DNA of 63,071 nucleotides, the filler included, from Octopus bimaculoides (lineage: Eukaryota): the NCBI RefSeq assembly GCF_001194135.2. It is 4 parts of 4 records of this genome, joined end to end, with 100 filler letters (N's around TTAATTAATTAA, not from the genome) between each part and the next. Parts side by side here need not be neighbours in the genome. Positions count along the whole stretch, not along the records: positions 59,014 to 63,071 come from NC_068982.1; 3 more parts are not named here. One strand, 5' to 3'. The position numbers were made by a program, and so were the translations under genes. The notes beneath the pieces were generated by a model. The model saw nothing but the letters and a program-made list of their open reading frames with translations, ran no database searches and was not told the origin of the DNA. This document shows positions 62,665 through 63,071 of the stretch, piece after piece; position 1 is the stretch's first letter, and the number at the start of each line of letters is the position of its first letter.

Positions 62665-63024
62665 TTATATATATATACAGACAGACAGGCAGACGGACGG
62701 ACGAACGGACGGACGGACAGACAGACAGACAGAAAGACAGATAGATAGATAGAGAGAGAGATTGATAGATAAGACATATAGCTATCAATAGCCCAATTTA
62801 TCTAACTGTAAGCTGTTAACACAGTGTGGAATAATGTGCATTGCTGTGACTATGACGAAGTCACTTAACTGTTAACAACACAGTCTACTTAACCGTAAGT
62901 AGATACCACAGTGTGATATATTTCACTAGACTTCGCCAATCACCAACACACTTAAATATTGACAATCCACACCGCTGCATTACCTTTATGAAAACAAGTA
63001 CACACATACACAAACACACACATG

Positions 63025-63071
<47 letters not shown>

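Overview
AT-rich, repeat-dominated eukaryotic DNA. It is almost certainly from an octopus: the SINE families and the microsatellite load match those I recognise from Octopus assemblies (recognition only, no search run). About 7 kb is N, spread over ~23 gaps; three of these are artificial 100-bp joins (44N-TTAATTAATTAA-44N). I find no intact host protein-coding gene, tRNA/rRNA gene or CRISPR array. Nearly all supplied ORFs are microsatellite, N-spanning or antisense artefacts. The recognisable coding remnants all come from transposons: a Tc1 DD34E pseudogene, mariner DD34D and DD41D fragments, R4/Dong, CR1-like and L1/Tx1-like LINEs, Penelope RT/GIY-YIG, a Helitron RepHel and a Gypsy pol tail. 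These sit among four tRNA- or RTE-tailed SINE families and several MITEs. I do not see a new multi-gene system. The most interesting signals are (i) a sharp switch from CpG-eroded to CpG-intact repeat copies at ~15 kb, suggesting the edge of a methylated gene body, with a candidate minus-strand first exon near 19.5 kb; (ii) fold-back structures containing minimal hammerhead-ribozyme motifs at 19.8 and 46.1 kb; (iii) a Tc1 very similar to fish/amphibian Tc1s; (iv) a DD41D transposase split by an inversion with duplication.
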